Under the pieces are notes generated by a model. It saw only the letters and a list, made by a program, of their open reading frames with translations. It made no database searches and was not told the origin of the DNA. Shown here piece by piece: positions 60,064 to 64,000 of a stretch of 64,000 bases of DNA; within the stretch, counting starts at the first letter, position 1; each line of letters starts with the position of its first letter. Position numbers and translations under genes: made by a program. The stretch comes from Alphaproteobacteria bacterium (GTDB lineage: Bacteria > Pseudomonadota > Alphaproteobacteria > UBA6615): positions 64,001 through 128,000 of the forward strand of contig CBDHEC010000057.1 in assembly GCA_965261975.1 (NCBI GenBank). Reading direction: 5' to 3'.

Positions 60064-61833
60064 CTATGCCGACCGCATCTCTTTAGTGCGCGCCACATCG
60101 ACCGATAAGTCGTCCGCTATCGCGACGCCGTAGATTTCTTCCGCCCGCTCACGGCTGACAATGCCCTCGCGAACATCGTGCAACACCTGTTCAGGTTCAC
60201 GCGTGCGCGGATCCCCGTATCCGCCGCCGCCCTGGGCGATCGATACCAGGGTCTCGCCATCCTCGATCCAGACGATCGAACACTGATCGAGCGTCTCACG
60301 CTCCTTGTTGCGCGTGGTCTTGAACTGGTTCGAACGCGCCGCGGGCAATCCTGCACGCGCACCCTGGGGCACATGAATATTGCCGTCATGCACGAACCCG
60401 GCCTCCATGCGGCAGTCGACGGGGCCATACTCGACCTCGATTGCCGGCGCCCCGCGGTGCCGGCCCGCACCTTCGCTATCGGGAATCAGGCGGCGGGTAT
60501 GGACATGAATCGGGGTGTACACCTCGTCGAGCTCGACGGAATCGATGAAGCACATGCCGCCATTGCCGACATGCAACATCGTCAGCCAGGCGTCCTGGTG
60601 CGGCGCGCCAGCCCCCGCCGTGTGGCCCAGGAACAGCTGGTTCACATAGGGTTTGTCGTTGCGCGGATCGATACCCGACACCACGGCCGTGGACGGCGCG
60701 CAGAAGCAACCCACCTCTCCCATGCCGAACCCGTCACCCATCTCCGCCATGGCGCGCTGGGTCGCCGACACGATGCGGTCGGCCAGATTCGTTGTCGACG
60801 CAGAACAACTGATCGGATGCCGGGGAATCCCGACCACACCCGCATCCTTGAGCTTCAGGTCGATCCGCCGCAACGAGCCTTCATTCTTTGGCACCGTGTG
60901 GTCGATGGAATTGAACACGCCGATATAGGCTGCAGTGCGCGTGCAGGATTCGGACACATTGAGCCCGCAGTTCATCTGATTGGCGTTGTCCAGCAGATCG
61001 ACCTCGATCCGTCCCGCCTCGGGGTCGACCGTGACCTTCGAGGTAACCGTGATCCCTTCTTCCGGGGTTCCGGGAATGGCATCGTGAGTCGATTGGGCCG
61101 ATGCGGTGCCTTTCGGGACCTCCGCGATGGCGTCGGACATGCGCTTCTCGGAATAATCGAACCACTGGTTGGCGAAGGCATGCAGCGTGTCCCAGCCCAC
61201 CTCTTCGCCGAGCGCAAGCAGCTCGCGCTCGCCGATCAGGGCCGAGCCCAGCATCGCCAGGAAATCACCGTGCCACTGTTCGGGGACACGGATTCGCAGC
61301 TGACACATGCGGATAATGTCGTCGACCGTCTCATAGTCCTTCAACACCTGGACAGCCGGGAAAATCAGCGCTCCCTCCTCATACACGTCGCGTGCCGTCC
61401 CGTGATAGGTGGTCGGGACCGAGTTGCCGATATCGGCCTGATGGGCCTTGGCCAGCACCGTGAAATGGTGAACCCCGTCATCATCGATAACCGGCATGAT
61501 GATGGTGTGATCCGCCGGATGGGAACAGCCATGGTAGGGCGAGTTGTGTAAGAAGGCGTCGCCTTTCTTGAGTTCGGGGTGAAACTCCTTCATCGAGCGG
61601 GCCATGATATCGGGCCCCGACAGCACGTGGATCGGCAGGCTCTCGGCGACGGCAAGCAGCTCGCAGTCCGCCGTCAGGATACAGCAGGAAAAATCCTTCG
61701 CCCGGTTCAGAACGCCGGACCGACCCGTTCGCAAAAGAGTATTCCCCATCTTCGAGGAAATCCCCTCGAACCGGTTGGCCAGGATGGCGAGCCGGGCGCC
61801 GTCGAGTTGTTTTTCGGATTTCGCGTTCATCAT
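60064..61833 (-). CDS. Hydantoinase B/oxoprolinase family subunit
   Basis: DFSCCI, NSPYHGCSHPADH, AHQADIG, DSEGAGRHRG, GGGGYGDP. Confidence 0.9.
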   Translation of the reverse strand: MMNAKSEKQLDGARLAILANRFEGISSKMGNTLLRTGRSGVLNRAKDFSCCILTADCELLAVAESLPIHVLSGPDIMARSMKEFHPELKKGDAFLHNSPYHGCSHPADHTIIMPVIDDDGVHHFTVLAKAHQADIGNSVPTTYHGTARDVYEEGALIFPAVQVLKDYETVDDIIRMCQLRIRVPEQWHGDFLAMLGSALIGERELLALGEEVGWDTLHAFANQWFDYSEKRMSDAIAEVPKGTASAQSTHDAIPGTPEEGITVTSKVTVDPEAGRIEVDLLDNANQMNCGLNVSESCTRTAAYIGVFNSIDHTVPKNEGSLRRIDLKLKDAGVVGIPRHPISCSASTTNLADRIVSATQRAMAEMGDGFGMGEVGCFCAPSTAVVSGIDPRNDKPYVNQLFLGHTAGAGAPHQDAWLTMLHVGNGGMCFIDSVELDEVYTPIHVHTRRLIPDSEGAGRHRGAPAIEVEYGPVDCRMEAGFVHDGNIHVPQGARAGLPAARSNQFKTTRNKERETLDQCSIVWIEDGETLVSIAQGGGGYGDPRTREPEQVLHDVREGIVSRERAEEIYGVAIADDLSVDVARTKEMRSA

Positions 61834-61841
61834 CCTGTCCT

Positions 61842-63902
61842 CTATGGCCGCATCACAAGGCTGCCTGATGCCGTACGCTCGAAGCGAGTCGCACCATCGG
61901 CCACCACCGTGGTAAACGGCGATTCAATGATCGCCGGGCCGGAATGCTCTTCTCCGGCGGCCAACTCGTTAAAATCATACACCGCGGCCTCGACCTCGCC
62001 CGTATCCGCAAAATAGACCTTGCGCGTGCCAGACGCGTCATGCCCGGCGCCGGCACCCAATCGTCCCGGGCCACCGTCGCGCAGCCCGCATCGTGCCGTT
62101 GCAGTCCAGCCGACATACTCGATCACCGAGCCCGGATCGCGGATCGCAAAGATGCGTTCGTGCATTTCGTGAAAGGCTTCTGCCAACGCATCGAGCTGGT
62201 CTTCATTCTCGACCTTGTCCATCGGTAGCGGCACCTCGATTTCCCAGACCTGCGAGGCATAACGCGCCTCGACCGCGTACTCGATCTCGCTGGAGACGGC
62301 CGATGCGCCCGGTCCGTCGATGAATTTCCGGCATTCGGCACGCAGTCCCTCGAGGACATTGTTCACCCCATCGCGATCGAATTCATCGGAGGTGGTGAAG
62401 AAGGTCGCACGGTACTCGTTGGACAGATCCGACATCAGCGCACCCGACGCGCTGAGACCCGCGCCCGTTTCGGGAATGATCAGCGTCGGGCAGCCAAGCC
62501 GTCGGGCGATAAACACGGAATTGAGCCCCGCGGCACCACCGCCCCCGATCAGCACAGATTCCGCCGGATCGATGCCCTGATCGACGGTGATGTCGGAGAT
62601 GGCCTGCACCATGTTTTCGGTTGCCACGCTGACGATCGCTGCGGCCGCATCCTCGACCGGCAACCCCAGAGGGTCGGCGACATACTCCTTGATCGCCGCC
62701 ACCGAGGCGGCGTCGTCGAGCTTCATGGAGCCGCCCAGGAAATAACTCGGATCCAGATAACCGAGCGCCACGCAGGCATCGGTCACCGTGGGCTCGATTC
62801 CGCCGGCGCCATAACACACCGGGCCCGGTACGGCGCCCGCGCTTTGCGGTCCCACATGCAGGAGACCGCCGGCATCCACCCAGGCGATCGAGCCTCCACC
62901 GGCACCGACGCTCTTGATATCGATTGACGGAAATCCGGTCATATGGCCGCGGAAGGGCTGGCCGATCCAGGTTTCCTTGGTCAGCGGAATGCGGCCATCC
63001 CGGACCAGGCTGACATCGTACGTCGTGCCACCCGTGTCTGCGATAATGACATTCGGTGCCTCGGAATCGAGCTCGGCATAGGTCCGTCCGGCGATCGGGG
63101 CCATCGACGGCCCGGAGTTGATTGCGTGGATGGGCTTGCGGGCCAGATCCAGCGCATCCAGCATGCCGCCCTGGGAGGTCAGCACGAGTGTCCTGCCCGA
63201 GAATCCGGCCTCCGACAGCCGTTCCGTCAGCCCGCCGAGATAACGGCCCATCAGCGGCTTCAGCGAGGCATCGATCGCGGTGGAAGAGGCCCGGCGATAC
63301 TCACGCAGCGCCGGATTGAGACGGTGAGACAGCGTGTAAGGCACACCGGGCAAATGCTCCTCGAGCAGCTCGGCGACCCGCAACTCATGAGCCGGGTTAT
63401 AAATCGACCATAACAGGCAAACCGCGACGGCCTCGACGTCTGCCGCTTTCAGTTTGTTCATGATCTCGAGCGCACCCGCCTCGTCGAGGGGTGTGTGGAC
63501 ATCACCGGCGCTGTTCACGCGCTCGGGCACCTCAAAGGTCAACGCGCGCGGGACATAAGGTTCGGGATAAGCCGCAACGAAATTGAAGGGCTCGATCCGC
63601 CCGCCTTCGCGCAAGACCAGGATATCCGGATGACCGGCCGTGGTCAGAAATGCCGTCCGCGCCGTGTGGCCAGTGATAATCGCGTTGATCGCATGGGTCG
63701 TGCCATGGATCAGCATCTCGCCCTGGCCAAGCATATCCGACAAGGAGATATTTCGGTCGTCAGCCGCAAGCGAGAGCGCATCGAGCACCCCCTTTACGGG
63801 GTCTGCCGGCGTCGTCGACGCCTTGTACATCGTCAACGCACCCTGGTCGTCTTCCACAATCAGATCGGTGAACGTCCCACCGGTGTCACAGGCAAACCGC
63901 AT
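61842..63902 (-). CDS. Hydantoinase A/oxoprolinase family subunit (ATP-binding)
   Basis: DTGGTFTD, HGTT, SGP, DTGGTTYDV, GAGGGSIA, GPQSAGA.PGP.CY. Confidence 0.9.
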   Translation of the reverse strand: MRFACDTGGTFTDLIVEDDQGALTMYKASTTPADPVKGVLDALSLAADDRNISLSDMLGQGEMLIHGTTHAINAIITGHTARTAFLTTAGHPDILVLREGGRIEPFNFVAAYPEPYVPRALTFEVPERVNSAGDVHTPLDEAGALEIMNKLKAADVEAVAVCLLWSIYNPAHELRVAELLEEHLPGVPYTLSHRLNPALREYRRASSTAIDASLKPLMGRYLGGLTERLSEAGFSGRTLVLTSQGGMLDALDLARKPIHAINSGPSMAPIAGRTYAELDSEAPNVIIADTGGTTYDVSLVRDGRIPLTKETWIGQPFRGHMTGFPSIDIKSVGAGGGSIAWVDAGGLLHVGPQSAGAVPGPVCYGAGGIEPTVTDACVALGYLDPSYFLGGSMKLDDAASVAAIKEYVADPLGLPVEDAAAAIVSVATENMVQAISDITVDQGIDPAESVLIGGGGAAGLNSVFIARRLGCPTLIIPETGAGLSASGALMSDLSNEYRATFFTTSDEFDRDGVNNVLEGLRAECRKFIDGPGASAVSSEIEYAVEARYASQVWEIEVPLPMDKVENEDQLDALAEAFHEMHERIFAIRDPGSVIEYVGWTATARCGLRDGGPGRLGAGAGHDASGTRKVYFADTGEVEAAVYDFNELAAGEEHSGPAIIESPFTTVVADGATRFERTASGSLVMRP

Positions 63903-64000
63903 GCGTAGATCCCCTCATCAAACCGTCCCCGGATATTGCATCCACCGGGCTTCGGTAGATTGTGATTTTGAAGAACCCGGTAACCAACGACAAGGCTCAG

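Overview
GC-rich bacterial chromosome segment, most likely an Alphaproteobacterium (Rhodospirillales-like; inferred from protein sequences and gene order). It opens with the core translation cluster (rplK 5' end, nusG, secE, tRNA-Trp, tuf, tRNA-Gly, tRNA-Tyr, rlmB). Next come a hopanoid-transport pair (HpnN-like MMPL broken by one in-frame TAG; HpnM/MlaC-like), tRNA-Thr, and 1.3 kb downstream a degenerate copy of the tRNA-Thr 3' half that looks like an att scar. About 8-37 kb is a paralog-rich catabolic region with no recognisable regulator. It holds 3 atypical ketopantoate-reductase-family genes, 2 2OG-Fe(II) oxygenases, 2 FAD monooxygenases, 2 maleate-isomerase/AMDase-like genes lacking the catalytic Cys, 2 tandem 4-TM membrane proteins, a TRAP transporter, and GMC, ThDP, amidohydrolase, MetE-like, RidA and BadI-like genes. 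39-51 kb holds c-type cytochromes and a sulfur locus: mtnA-tusA divergent from a BigR/SqrR-like repressor, rhodanese, TauE, TIGR02186, USP, soeABC and a decaying PfkB kinase. The right end carries mmsA, an isolated 79-aa membrane protein with a long AT-rich, operator-rich upstream region and double terminator, a DmdB-like ligase, nitroreductase, MFS, SDR and a hydantoinase A/B pair. No CRISPR array, rRNA, transposase or integrase was seen. All product calls come from motif recognition by eye; no searches were run.
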